A stretch of 62,890 nt of DNA, counting the filler, from Thermodesulfobacteriota bacterium (lineage in GTDB: Bacteria; DASVDK01), in the NCBI GenBank assembly GCA_036381125.1. It is 7 parts of 7 records of this genome, joined end to end, with 100 filler letters (N's around TTAATTAATTAA, not from the genome) between each part and the next. Parts side by side here need not be neighbours in the genome. Positions count along the whole stretch, not along the records: positions 1 to 19,350 come from DASVDK010000017.1; positions 19,451 to 27,593 come from DASVDK010000020.1; 5 more parts are not named here. One strand, 5' to 3'. Each line of letters starts with the position of its first letter. Position 1 is the first letter of the stretch. A model generated the notes under the pieces. It searched no databases. It saw only the letters and a program-made list of their open reading frames with translations, and was not told the origin of the DNA. Shown here piece after piece: positions 10,775 to 21,478 of this stretch. The position numbers and the translations under genes were made by a program.

Positions 10775-12318
10775 GGGTCACGGCCGCAGCCGTCGCCGCC
10801 TCGCTGCTCCTGGCGGCCTGCGCCGCCGCGTCCGGCGGCCGGCCGGTCATCGACGCGCCGGCCCCGCCCCAGCCGGCCCTGCGCCACCTCAGGATCCTTC
10901 ACCTCAACGACGTCGCCGACTTCGAGAACGGTCCCGACGGCGCCGGACTCCTCCGCGCCGCCTCCGTCGTGCGCGCGGCGCGCGGCGAGCTGCCGCGGGT
11001 GCTCGTGACCGGCGGCGGCGACCTCCTCGCGCTCTCGCCCGCCTCGCTCGTGCTCGACGCGGCGCCGATCGCGGCCGCGTGGCGGGCGCTCGGCCTCGAC
11101 GTGGCCACACCGGGCGACCGCGACCTCGGCCTTCCCCCCGCGCTGCTCGCCGCCCGGGCGCGGGACACCGGCGCGCGGTGGCTCACGGCCAACGTCACCG
11201 ACGGGGGCCGTCCCTGCTGCGGCGCGGCGGCGTGGACGGTCGTCGACGTCGGAGGGGTCCGGGTCGGGGTCACCGGCGTGACGGGCGAGAACGCGGGGCG
11301 AGCGGCCGGAAGCGGCCTCGACGTGGGGGACCCGGTCGCGGCGGCGCGCGACGCCGTGGCCGCACTTCGGGTCGAGGGGGCGGAGGTCGTCGTCCTGCTC
11401 GCCCACGGCGAGGCCCCGCTCCTCGAGCTGCTCGGCCACGCCGCGCGGCCGGACCTGGTGCTCGGCGGGCACGAGGGGACGCCCGTCTCGACGCACGCGG
11501 GGACCGCGACGGTGGTCCGCGCGGCGGGCGGCGCCCGCGACGTCGTGCAGGTGGACCTCTGGCTGACCGACACCGGAAGGATCGCGGCGCGCGACGTCCG
11601 CTTCCTGCCGGTGCTCGGCGCGCCGGCCGACCCCGCCCTGCTCGAGGTGGCCGACCGGGCCGCCGCGGCCATGGCCCAGGCGCCGCCGGTTGGGACGGCC
11701 GCGATCCCTCTCGACGCCCGTCCCGACGCCTTCGCCGCCGGCGAGGCGCCGCTCGGCAACCTCCTGGCCGACCTGGCCCGCCGCGCGACGCGGGCCGATG
11801 CCGCGCTCGTGGACGCCGGCAGCGTGGCGCCCCGCTTCGTCGAGCCCGGGCCGATCCCGGCGACCTGGCCGATCGAGCTTCTGCCGGACCTCGGCCCCCT
11901 CGCCGTGCTCGAGGTCGCCGGGGCCGACCTGGCCGCCGTCCTCGAGCATGCGCTCGTCTGGCTGCCGGCGCCCGCGACCCGCTTCCTGCACCTGTCGGGC
12001 GTTGCCGTGCACTACGACCCGGCGGCGCGGCCGGGCGAGCGGCTCCGCTCGGTGACCGTGGGCGGCGCCCCGCTCGACCCGGAACGCCGCTACCGCGTGG
12101 CGGCGACCGGACGGATCGCGGCCGGCGGGGACGGCTACGGGTGGCTCATGGCGGCGCGGCGTCTGGCCTCGCTCGACGTGACACCGCGCCTGGCCGCCCT
12201 CCTCGTCTCCCGCCTGCGGTCGGACGAGCCTCTGGCGCCGGTGGTCGAAGGGCGGATCGTCGCGGATCAGTCGAGCGGAAGGATCACGAGACCGGTCGGC
12301 AGCTTGGGGGCGAAGTAG
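10771..12318 (+). CDS. 5'-nucleotidase/metallophosphoesterase-family lipoprotein with degenerate active site
   Basis: Lipobox-like LLAAC, LRILHLND, WLTANV, LVLGGH, EAPLGNLLAD, FLHLSG, YRVAA..GGDGY. Several metal ligands are altered. Confidence 0.7.
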   Translation: MRVTAAAVAASLLLAACAAASGGRPVIDAPAPPQPALRHLRILHLNDVADFENGPDGAGLLRAASVVRAARGELPRVLVTGGGDLLALSPASLVLDAAPIAAAWRALGLDVATPGDRDLGLPPALLAARARDTGARWLTANVTDGGRPCCGAAAWTVVDVGGVRVGVTGVTGENAGRAAGSGLDVGDPVAAARDAVAALRVEGAEVVVLLAHGEAPLLELLGHAARPDLVLGGHEGTPVSTHAGTATVVRAAGGARDVVQVDLWLTDTGRIAARDVRFLPVLGAPADPALLEVADRAAAAMAQAPPVGTAAIPLDARPDAFAAGEAPLGNLLADLARRATRADAALVDAGSVAPRFVEPGPIPATWPIELLPDLGPLAVLEVAGADLAAVLEHALVWLPAPATRFLHLSGVAVHYDPAARPGERLRSVTVGGAPLDPERRYRVAATGRIAAGGDGYGWLMAARRLASLDVTPRLAALLVSRLRSDEPLAPVVEGRIVADQSSGRITRPVGSLGAK

Positions 12319-13541
12319 GTGGACTTCTGCGGCATCGTCTCGCCCGCCTCGGCCACCGCGACGACCTCGGCCGGCGGCGTGCCGTTGAGGAGGAAGGCGT
12401 GGGCCGCCTCGCCTCGCTCGACGAGGCCGACCGCCTCGGCCGCGTCCTTCACGTACACGAGGTTGGCCTGGCGAGCGATCGACTCGGCCGACGCCCCGAA
12501 GACCGCCACGAGGACGTCGCGCTCGAGGCGCGTCACGTCGAGACGCTCGCGCGGCGAGGCGGCGGCGCGCGTCCCCGGGTCGGTCCACTCGAGCCGCAGG
12601 TAGGCAAGCCCCGCGGCCTCGCGCCCGGCGACGAGCACCGCCGGCGCCAGGCGGCCGGCCTCGGCCAGGTCGGCGAGGAGCCGGTCGAGCGGACCCGCGA
12701 CCGGCGTCGCGCGGATGCCGGGACCGACCCGCTCGGCGAGGGCGGCCAGGGGGATCGGCTCGACGCCGCGAAGGACGCGGTGGGTGGGCAGGACGGCCAG
12801 ACCGGGGTCGTCGAGCGCGGTGAGCGCCATCGGGACGAAGCCGGCCGCGGGGAGGTCCGGGTGCGCGGCGCGGTAGGCGAGCGCCGTCTCGTAGCGGTGA
12901 TGACCGTCGGCGATGTAGAGGCGCCGGTTCTCGAAGGCCCGGCTGACGGCGTCGGTGATCGCCCGGTCGTCGACCACCCACATGCGGTGCACGACGCCGT
13001 CGGGGTCGGTGACCGTCACGTCGGGCGGCCCGGCGAACGCCGGCCCGATCGCCGCGGCCACCTCGCGGTCGTCGTCACGGTAGAGCGCGAAGATCGGCGA
13101 GAGCGCCGCGCGCGTCGCCTCCATGATCGCCAGCCGGTCGGCCTTGGGGCCCGCCATCGTGCGCTCGTGGGGCAGCACGATGCCGGCGTCGAACGGGACC
13201 AGGCCGACGGCCGCGAGGATGCCCCGGCGCACGGCGCCGCCGACGTCCGTCTCGATCAGGTAGAGGGCCGCCCCGGCCTCCCGGCGGAGTATCCCCCGAG
13301 CCCGCCAGGCGCGATAGGTCTCGCCCGCGCGCGCGTACTTCGCCTCGGGCGGCTCGCCCTCGCGGGCCGGCGGCAGGTCGACGTGCAGGACGTTGTACGG
13401 GCTCGCGGCGAGGAGCCGTCGCTGCCGCTCGGGCGAGACGACGTCGTACGGCGGCGCGAGGCAGCTCTCGAGCGGACCGGCGGCTTCGGCGAACCTGAGC
13501 CCGCGGAAGGGGCGGACCGTCGCCACCGGCGCCCCCGTCAC
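12267..13541 (-). CDS. DUF1015 family protein
   Basis: VRPFRGLR, PPYDVV, LPHERT, LYIADGHHRYETAL, MPQKSTYFAPKLPTGLV. GTG start overlaps the purD stop. Confidence 0.88.
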   Translation of the reverse strand: MTGAPVATVRPFRGLRFAEAAGPLESCLAPPYDVVSPERQRRLLAASPYNVLHVDLPPAREGEPPEAKYARAGETYRAWRARGILRREAGAALYLIETDVGGAVRRGILAAVGLVPFDAGIVLPHERTMAGPKADRLAIMEATRAALSPIFALYRDDDREVAAAIGPAFAGPPDVTVTDPDGVVHRMWVVDDRAITDAVSRAFENRRLYIADGHHRYETALAYRAAHPDLPAAGFVPMALTALDDPGLAVLPTHRVLRGVEPIPLAALAERVGPGIRATPVAGPLDRLLADLAEAGRLAPAVLVAGREAAGLAYLRLEWTDPGTRAAASPRERLDVTRLERDVLVAVFGASAESIARQANLVYVKDAAEAVGLVERGEAAHAFLLNGTPPAEVVAVAEAGETMPQKSTYFAPKLPTGLVILPLD

Positions 13542-14908
13542 CCGCGCGGCTTGCGGCCGCGAGGGTCGCCCTTGCGGGCGCCCGCGGGCGCGCCGCCGCT
13601 CGCGCCGAGCGCGGCGAGCCCCTTGCGGCCGATGTCGCGACGGTAGTGGACGCCCTCCCACGAGATCCGCCCCACCGACGCGTAGGCCTGCGCGATGGCG
13701 GCCGCGAGGTCGTCACCCCGCGCCGTGACGGCCAGGACGCGGCCGCCGGCGGTGACGAGGCGGCCGTCCTTCTCCGCCGTGCCGGCGTGGAAGACCTTCA
13801 CGTCCGGGCCGCGCACCTGGTCGAGCCCGGAGATCGGCCTGCCGGTCTCGACCGACACCGGGTAGCCGCGCGCGGCCATGATGACGCTCACCGCCGCACC
13901 CGCCTTCCAGCGAATGCCGCCGGCCTCGAGCACCTGCGAGAGGTCGCCTCGCGCCGCGCCGAGGAGGACCGGCAGGAGGTCGCTCTCCATGAGGAAGAGG
14001 AGCGGCTCGGTCTCGGGGTCGCCGAACCGGACGTTGAACTCGAGGACCCGCACGTCGTCGCCGTCGACCATCAGCCCGGCGTACAGCACGCCGCGGAAGG
14101 GACAGCCCTCGGCCGCCATGCCCTTGACGACCGGCTCGATCACGGTGCGGGTGATCTGTTCCGCCAGCCGCGGCGGGACGATCGCCGCCGGGCAGTAGGC
14201 GCCCATCCCGCCCGTGTTGGGCCCGAGGTCGTTGTCGAGCGCCGTCTTGTGGTCCTGCGCGGGGAGCAGGGGAACGGTGCGGACGCCGTCGGTGATGGCG
14301 AGGAAGGAGGCCTCCTGACCGGGCAGGTACTCTTCGATGACCACCCGTGTCCCGGCGGCGCCGAAGGCCCGCTCGACCAGGCAGGCGTCGATGAAGCGGC
14401 GCGCCTGCCCCACCGTCTGCGCGACCACCACGCCCTTGCCGGCGGCAAGCCCGTCGGCCTTGACGACGATGGGGGCCCCCTGCTCCTCCACGAACGCCAC
14501 GGCCGCGTCGCGGTCGTCGAAGACCTCCGCCTGGGCCGACGGCACACCGCACCGCGCCATCAGGCGCTTGGCGAACGCCTTGCTCCCCTCGAGGCGGGCC
14601 GCGGCGGCGGTCGGGCCGAACGCCGTCAGGCCGGCCGCCTCGAAACGGTCGACGAGGCCGGCCACGAGCGGCGCCTCGGGCCCCACGACGGTGAGGTCGA
14701 CCCGCTCCCGCCGTGCCAGCTCGACCAGGCCGTCGAGGTCGTCGGCCTTCACCGGGACGCAGGTCGCGTCGGCGGCGATGCCGGCGTTGCCGGGGGCGCA
14801 GAGGACGCGCGCCACCCTGGGGCTCTGCGCGAGCTTCCAGGCGAGCGCATGCTCGCGACCGCCGCCGCCGACGACGAGGACCGTGAGTCGATCGCCGCTG
14901 CCGTCCAT
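13538..14908 (-). CDS. purD: Phosphoribosylamine-glycine ligase
   Basis: GGGGREHAL, VVGPEAPL, LEGSKAFAK, KADGLAAGKGV, GPNTGGMG, EFNVRFGDPE. Confidence 0.97.
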   Translation of the reverse strand: MDGSGDRLTVLVVGGGGREHALAWKLAQSPRVARVLCAPGNAGIAADATCVPVKADDLDGLVELARRERVDLTVVGPEAPLVAGLVDRFEAAGLTAFGPTAAAARLEGSKAFAKRLMARCGVPSAQAEVFDDRDAAVAFVEEQGAPIVVKADGLAAGKGVVVAQTVGQARRFIDACLVERAFGAAGTRVVIEEYLPGQEASFLAITDGVRTVPLLPAQDHKTALDNDLGPNTGGMGAYCPAAIVPPRLAEQITRTVIEPVVKGMAAEGCPFRGVLYAGLMVDGDDVRVLEFNVRFGDPETEPLLFLMESDLLPVLLGAARGDLSQVLEAGGIRWKAGAAVSVIMAARGYPVSVETGRPISGLDQVRGPDVKVFHAGTAEKDGRLVTAGGRVLAVTARGDDLAAAIAQAYASVGRISWEGVHYRRDIGRKGLAALGASGGAPAGARKGDPRGRKPRG

Positions 14909-14959
14909 CGGCCGTGACCTCCTATCCCATCGAACGCGAGCGTTGCCCGATGGACGCCA

Positions 14960-16561
<1,602 letters not shown>

Positions 16562-16671
16562 CTGGTGGATCTCCCGAAGTGGTCTCCGGCTGGCTCCGGA
16601 GTCGAACCGATTATACCCGACGACGACCGGCGCACGCCGGCCGTGATCCCCACCTGACGCCGATTCGACGG

Positions 16672-18312
16672 CTACTGCAACGCGCCCGTCGGCGCCTGCC
16701 GCACGAGCGTCTTGAGGTCCTCGTCCTCGAAGAAGAAGCCGGCTCCGAGGAAGAGGGTCCGCGGCGGCCCGGAGATGTCCTCGTCGTCGAGGATGTTCTC
16801 GACGCCGATGGAGGCGTAGACGTTCTTGAAGAACCGGTAGCGGGCCTCGGCGCGGAGGTTCGGGCCCCCCTCCCGCAGGAAGTTGAACGCGTCGAGGTAG
16901 ATCTGCAGGTCGCGCTCGAAGGGGGTGTACATGAGGCCGGCCCCGCCGGTGCTCTCCATGAGACCGCCCCGCACGCCGAAGTCGCCCCACCACTTCTGGA
17001 TGAGCGCCGTGATCTGCAGCTCGTTCTCCTTGGTGGAGACCGTCTCGGAGCTGGTGACCTGGGTGGTGCCGTCCGGAAGGGTGACCGTCGTGGTGGACCT
17101 GTTGGTCCGCCGGCGCCCGAAGGGGTTGTTCACGATCTCGATGAGGTAGGAGCGGTCCGGTCCCGGCTGCAGCTCGATGCCGACCGCGGTCTTCCCCTCG
17201 GGCCCCTCGAGCTGGTACTCGCCCCGGAAGCTGAAGGCGGTGCGCAGCCGCTGGGCCGTGCCGAGGAACTCGCCCAGGCCCGAGACCGCCGACGACAGGT
17301 TCTCGCCCATCTCCTCGTCGTTCACCAGGCGGCCGAGCGGTCCCTGGCCCTGGTCGATCTTCTGGGCGATCGAGCCGACCGATTCGAGCGCGGAGTCGAG
17401 GCGCGCGGCCGCGTTCTTGACGTTCTCGAGGCCCTGCGTGACGTTGGTCCGGTTCTCCTGGACGAGCTGGTCCAGGTTCTTCGACAGGCTCTCGATGGAC
17501 GCCAGAAGCTCGGGCGACCGTTCGGCGAGCGTGTCGGAGAAGCGCCGGAAGTTCTCCAGCGTGGCCCGCAGGTCGGCCCGGTTCTCGGCCGTGACCTCCC
17601 GCAGGTCGGCGCTGAAGGCCTGGAGGTTGTCGACGAGGGCCGAGATCTTCTGATCGTTCTGGGCCACGAGGCGCGAGAGGTTGCGCGACAGGTCGGACAG
17701 GTTGGCGACGATCTCCCTGAGCTGCCGCTGCCCCTCGGCGCCGCCGAGCGCCCCGCGAAGGCTCTCCGTCACGGCCTTCACGTCGTCGGCGATGGCCGAG
17801 AGCTTGCGGACCAGCTCGTCGGTGTCGGTCGACGGCACCGTCCGGCGCAGCTCGCCTCCCGGTTCCACGTACTGGCCGTCGCGCGCCGGCCCCCCCGACC
17901 GGCCGGGGACCGCCGCCACGGCCGACCCCGAGGCGCCGACCAGGCTCTGGGGGGACGGAACCCCCTCCGGGCCGGGGATGATCTCGATGTACTTGGCGCC
18001 CAGGAGGCCCCGGGTCCTGATGGCCACCTGGGAGTCCACCGGGACGCGGATGCCCTCGTCGATCCGCATGTGGATCCGGGCCTGGTTGCCCTCGAGGGTG
18101 ATGCGGGCGACCTCGCCCACCTTGATGCCGGCGATCTCGACGACGGTCTTCTCGTCGAGACCCGAGGCGTTCGGCACGACGACCGAGATCTCGTAGGACC
18201 CGCGCCCCGTGAGCCACCTGAGGCCGCCGATCTGCACGGACAGCGCCGCGAACACCACCAGCGCGGCCACGACGAAGAGGCCGACCTTCATCTCCGTGCT
18301 GAGCCTGGCCAT
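16672..18312 (-). CDS. mlaD: MCE/MlaD-family protein with long helical region and beta-rich C-terminus
   Basis: N-terminal TM (EMKVGLFV), MCE domain ASGL..V..AGIKVGEV, GLLGAKYIEI. Downstream of mlaEF. Confidence 0.85.
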   Translation of the reverse strand: MARLSTEMKVGLFVVAALVVFAALSVQIGGLRWLTGRGSYEISVVVPNASGLDEKTVVEIAGIKVGEVARITLEGNQARIHMRIDEGIRVPVDSQVAIRTRGLLGAKYIEIIPGPEGVPSPQSLVGASGSAVAAVPGRSGGPARDGQYVEPGGELRRTVPSTDTDELVRKLSAIADDVKAVTESLRGALGGAEGQRQLREIVANLSDLSRNLSRLVAQNDQKISALVDNLQAFSADLREVTAENRADLRATLENFRRFSDTLAERSPELLASIESLSKNLDQLVQENRTNVTQGLENVKNAAARLDSALESVGSIAQKIDQGQGPLGRLVNDEEMGENLSSAVSGLGEFLGTAQRLRTAFSFRGEYQLEGPEGKTAVGIELQPGPDRSYLIEIVNNPFGRRRTNRSTTTVTLPDGTTQVTSSETVSTKENELQITALIQKWWGDFGVRGGLMESTGGAGLMYTPFERDLQIYLDAFNFLREGGPNLRAEARYRFFKNVYASIGVENILDDEDISGPPRTLFLGAGFFFEDEDLKTLVRQAPTGALQ

Positions 18313-18335
18313 GCCGCTCCCCCCGCGGGTGCTGC

Positions 18336-19148
18336 CTAGACGATCTGTATCGGCCCCTCGGCCGACCCGGTGATGAACTGCTGGACCATCGGATTCGTGG
18401 AGGCCTGGATCTCGGCCGGCGTCCCGGTCTCGATGATATCGCCCCGGAAGAGCATCGCGATGCGGCTGGCGATGGCGAAGGCCCCGGGGATGTCGTGGCT
18501 GATGACGACGAACGTGATGCCCAGCGCCCGGTGCGTCTCCAGGATGAGGCGGTTCACCACCGCCGTCGTGATCGGGTCGAGGCCGGTCGTCGGCTCGTCG
18601 AAGAGGACGATCTCCGGCTCGAGGGCGAGCGCGCGGGCGAGCCCCACCCGCTTGCGCATGCCGCCCGACAGCTCCGAGGGCATCTTCCCCTCGGCGCCGG
18701 CGAGCCCCACCTGGGCCAGCTTGCGCAGCACGACCTCCCGGACCTCGGCCTTCGACAGGCGCGTGTGCTCGCGGATCGGGAAGGCCACGTTGTCGAAGAC
18801 GCTCATCGAGTCGAAGAGCGCCGCCTCCTGGAAGAGCATCCCGAACTTCCGGCGCACCTGGTTGAGCCGGCGGTCGTCCATCCGGCAGACGTCCTCGCCG
18901 TCGACGAGGATCTGGCCGCTGTCGGGGCGGATGAGCCCGATGAGGTGCTTGAGCAGGACGGTCTTGCCGCTCCCCGATCCGCCGATGATGACCGTGATCT
19001 CCCCGCGCGGGATGTCGAGGTCGATCCCGTGGAGCACCTCGCGGCCGTCGAACGACTTGCGCAGGTCGCGCACCTGGATGATCGTGTCGCCCGCGACCCG
19101 GTCCGCGTCGGTCAGCTCGTAGATGGGGGCGTCGGTCCGATCGGTCAA
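18336..19148 (-). CDS. mlaF: ABC transporter ATPase MlaF/Mkl
   Basis: GGSGSGKT, GMLFQEAALFDSMSV, ELSGGMRKRVGLARAL, DEPTTGLDP. Confidence 0.92.
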   Translation of the reverse strand: MTDRTDAPIYELTDADRVAGDTIIQVRDLRKSFDGREVLHGIDLDIPRGEITVIIGGSGSGKTVLLKHLIGLIRPDSGQILVDGEDVCRMDDRRLNQVRRKFGMLFQEAALFDSMSVFDNVAFPIREHTRLSKAEVREVVLRKLAQVGLAGAEGKMPSELSGGMRKRVGLARALALEPEIVLFDEPTTGLDPITTAVVNRLILETHRALGITFVVISHDIPGAFAIASRIAMLFRGDIIETGTPAEIQASTNPMVQQFITGSAEGPIQIV

Positions 19149-19350
19149 AACAGCAGCGCCGTGAGGAAGTAGTCGGAGACCAGGATGGAGATCGAGGCCC
19201 AGACGACCGCCTCGGTCGTCGCGCGCCCCACCCCCTCGGCCCCGCCCGTGGTGTAGAAGCCCTTGTAGCAGCCGATGAGCGCGATGAGCAGCCCGAAGAC
19301 GACCGACTTGACGAGCCCGTCGACGAGGTCCTCGAGGTAGACCGCCTCCC
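19145..19350 (-). CDS. mlaE: MlaE permease, C-terminal fragment
   Basis: Manual translation: DLVDGLVKSVVFGLLIALIGCYKGFYTTGGAEGVGRATTEAVV..DYFLTALLF*. Confidence 0.88.
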
Positions 19351-19450
19351 NNNNNNNNNNNNNNNNNNNNNNNNNNNNNNNNNNNNNNNNNNNNTTAATT
19401 AATTAANNNNNNNNNNNNNNNNNNNNNNNNNNNNNNNNNNNNNNNNNNNN
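19351..19450. other. Artificial contig linker
   Basis: N44-TTAATTAATTAA-N44 (stops in all six frames). Confidence 0.97.
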
Positions 19451-20062
19451 CGCCGCGAGTTCCTCTTCGGTGACCGCTCCCGGGCGCAGGATGGCGGGGG
19501 CGGATCCTGAGAGATCCAGCACCGTCGACTCCAGGCCGATACGGCAGGGGCCGTCATCGAGGATGAGCGCGACCTCGTCCCCGAGCGAGGCTGCGACATG
19601 GGCAGCGGTCGTCGGGCTGACTTCGCCCGAGCGGTTGGCGCTGGGCGCGGCGACCGGCGTGTCTGCCGCCCGCAGCAGCGCCTGCGCGGTCGGCTGTGCC
19701 GGGACGCGAACTGCCAGGGTGTCGAGCCCGGCGCCGGCAAGCAGCGCGACAGGGCAGGCTTCGGCACGCGGCAGCACCAGCGTCAGCGCGCCGGGCCAGA
19801 ACGCCTCGGCGAGCCAGCGCGCCCGGTTGTCGAAGCGCACCAGCCGTTCCGCCGCCTCGGTCTCCGCAACGTGGATGATCAACGGATTGAAGCGCGGCCG
19901 GCCCTTGGCGGCGAAGACCGCGGCGACCGCTGCGCCGTTGGTCGCATCGGCGCCGAGCCCGTACACCGTCTCGGTCGGGAAGGCCACGAGCCGCCCGGCC
20001 CGGAGCAGGGCCGCGGCGCGGCGCACGGCGGCGGGGTCGTCGCCCCGGAGGGTGCTCGTCAC
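19451..20062 (-). CDS. tsaC: L-threonylcarbamoyladenylate synthase (Sua5/TsaC), truncated by linker
   Basis: [44 protein letters not shown]. Confidence 0.93.
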
Positions 20063-20115
20063 GCCGTCATGGTAGCCGAGCGCGGCGCCGGGGGGCAGTT
20101 GCTACACTTCCGCCC

Positions 20116-21351
20116 ATGGCGGCGATCACACGGAGACGGTCCACGGCGGTGCGGGTGGGCGAGGTCTGGGTGGGCGGCGACCATCCGGTCGTGGTGCAGT
20201 CCATGACCAACACCGACACCGCCGACCCGGCCGCCACGGCCGCCCAGGTGGCCGCCCTCGCCCGCGCCGGGTCGGAGATCGTGCGGGTCACGGTCAACAA
20301 CGACGCGGCCGCGAGGGCGGTGCCCGAGATCCGGCGGCGGCTCGACGACCAGGGCGTCCGCGTCCCCCTCGTCGGCGACTTCCACTTCAACGGCCACCTC
20401 CTGTTGCGGCGGCACCCCGACTGCGCGGCGGCGCTCGACAAGTACCGGATCAACCCGGGCAACGTCGGCGTCGGCCGGCACCACGACGACAACTTCCGCG
20501 CGATCGTCGAGGCGGCCGTCGCCAACGGCAAGCCGGTACGGATCGGCGTCAACTGGGGCTCGCTCGACCAGGCGCTCCTCACCCGGCTGATGGACGAGAA
20601 CGCCCGGAGCGCCGCGCCCCGCGACGCGCGCGACGTGACGCTGGAGGCGATGGTGGTCTCGGCGCTCGAGTCGGCCGCGCTCGCCGAGGAGTACGGCGTC
20701 CCGCACGACGGCATCGTCCTGTCGGCCAAGGTCTCGAACGTGCAGGACGTGGTCGACGTCTACCGGGCGCTCGCCGCCCGCTGCGACTACGCGCTCCACG
20801 TCGGTCTCACCGAGGCCGGCATGGGGACCAGGGGCATCGTGGCCTCGGCGGCCGCCCTCTCGATCCTGCTGCAGGAGGGGATCGGCGACACGATCCGCGT
20901 CTCGCTGACGCCCCGGCCGGGCGGCGACCGCACCGAGGAGGTCGAGGTCGCGCAGCACGTCCTGCAATCGCTCGGCCTGCGCCAGTTCATGCCGCAGGTG
21001 ACCGCCTGCCCGGGCTGCGGCCGCACCACGAGCACCTTCTTCCAGGAGATGGCCGAGCAGATCGGCCACTACCTGCGGGAGCGGATGCCGGTCTGGAGGG
21101 CCGAGCGTCCAGGCGTCGAGGGGCTCAAGGTGGCCGTGATGGGCTGTGTCGTGAACGGCCCCGGCGAGTCGAAGCACGCGGACATCGGCATCTCCCTCCC
21201 CGGCACCTTCGAGGAGCCCAAGGCGCCGGTCTTCGTGGACGGCCGCCTGCACACGACGCTGCGGGGCGACGCGATCGTCGCCGAGTTCCTCGCCATCCTC
21301 GAGGAGTACGTCGCGACGCGGTACCGGCCCGGCGTCGGTCTCGACGCCTGA
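20116..21351 (+). CDS. ispG: HMBPP synthase (MEP pathway)
   Basis: [51 protein letters not shown]. Confidence 0.96.
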   Translation: MAAITRRRSTAVRVGEVWVGGDHPVVVQSMTNTDTADPAATAAQVAALARAGSEIVRVTVNNDAAARAVPEIRRRLDDQGVRVPLVGDFHFNGHLLLRRHPDCAAALDKYRINPGNVGVGRHHDDNFRAIVEAAVANGKPVRIGVNWGSLDQALLTRLMDENARSAAPRDARDVTLEAMVVSALESAALAEEYGVPHDGIVLSAKVSNVQDVVDVYRALAARCDYALHVGLTEAGMGTRGIVASAAALSILLQEGIGDTIRVSLTPRPGGDRTEEVEVAQHVLQSLGLRQFMPQVTACPGCGRTTSTFFQEMAEQIGHYLRERMPVWRAERPGVEGLKVAVMGCVVNGPGESKHADIGISLPGTFEEPKAPVFVDGRLHTTLRGDAIVAEFLAILEEYVATRYRPGVGLDA

Positions 21352-21478
21352 TCGTGCCGGCCGCCGGTCGCCACGCGCTGCGGCGTGCCGGCGGTCTCCC
21401 ACTCGCCTGCCCCTCACCCGCTCCACCATCCGAGCGCTTGCGCCGCGAGGACGCTCGATACTTCCGATTGCCCGTTTC

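Noticed and set aside
19351-19450. TTAATTAATTAA inside N runs (six occurrences)
   Set aside because: Artificial all-frame stop linker joining contigs. Cross-linker synteny was not interpreted.
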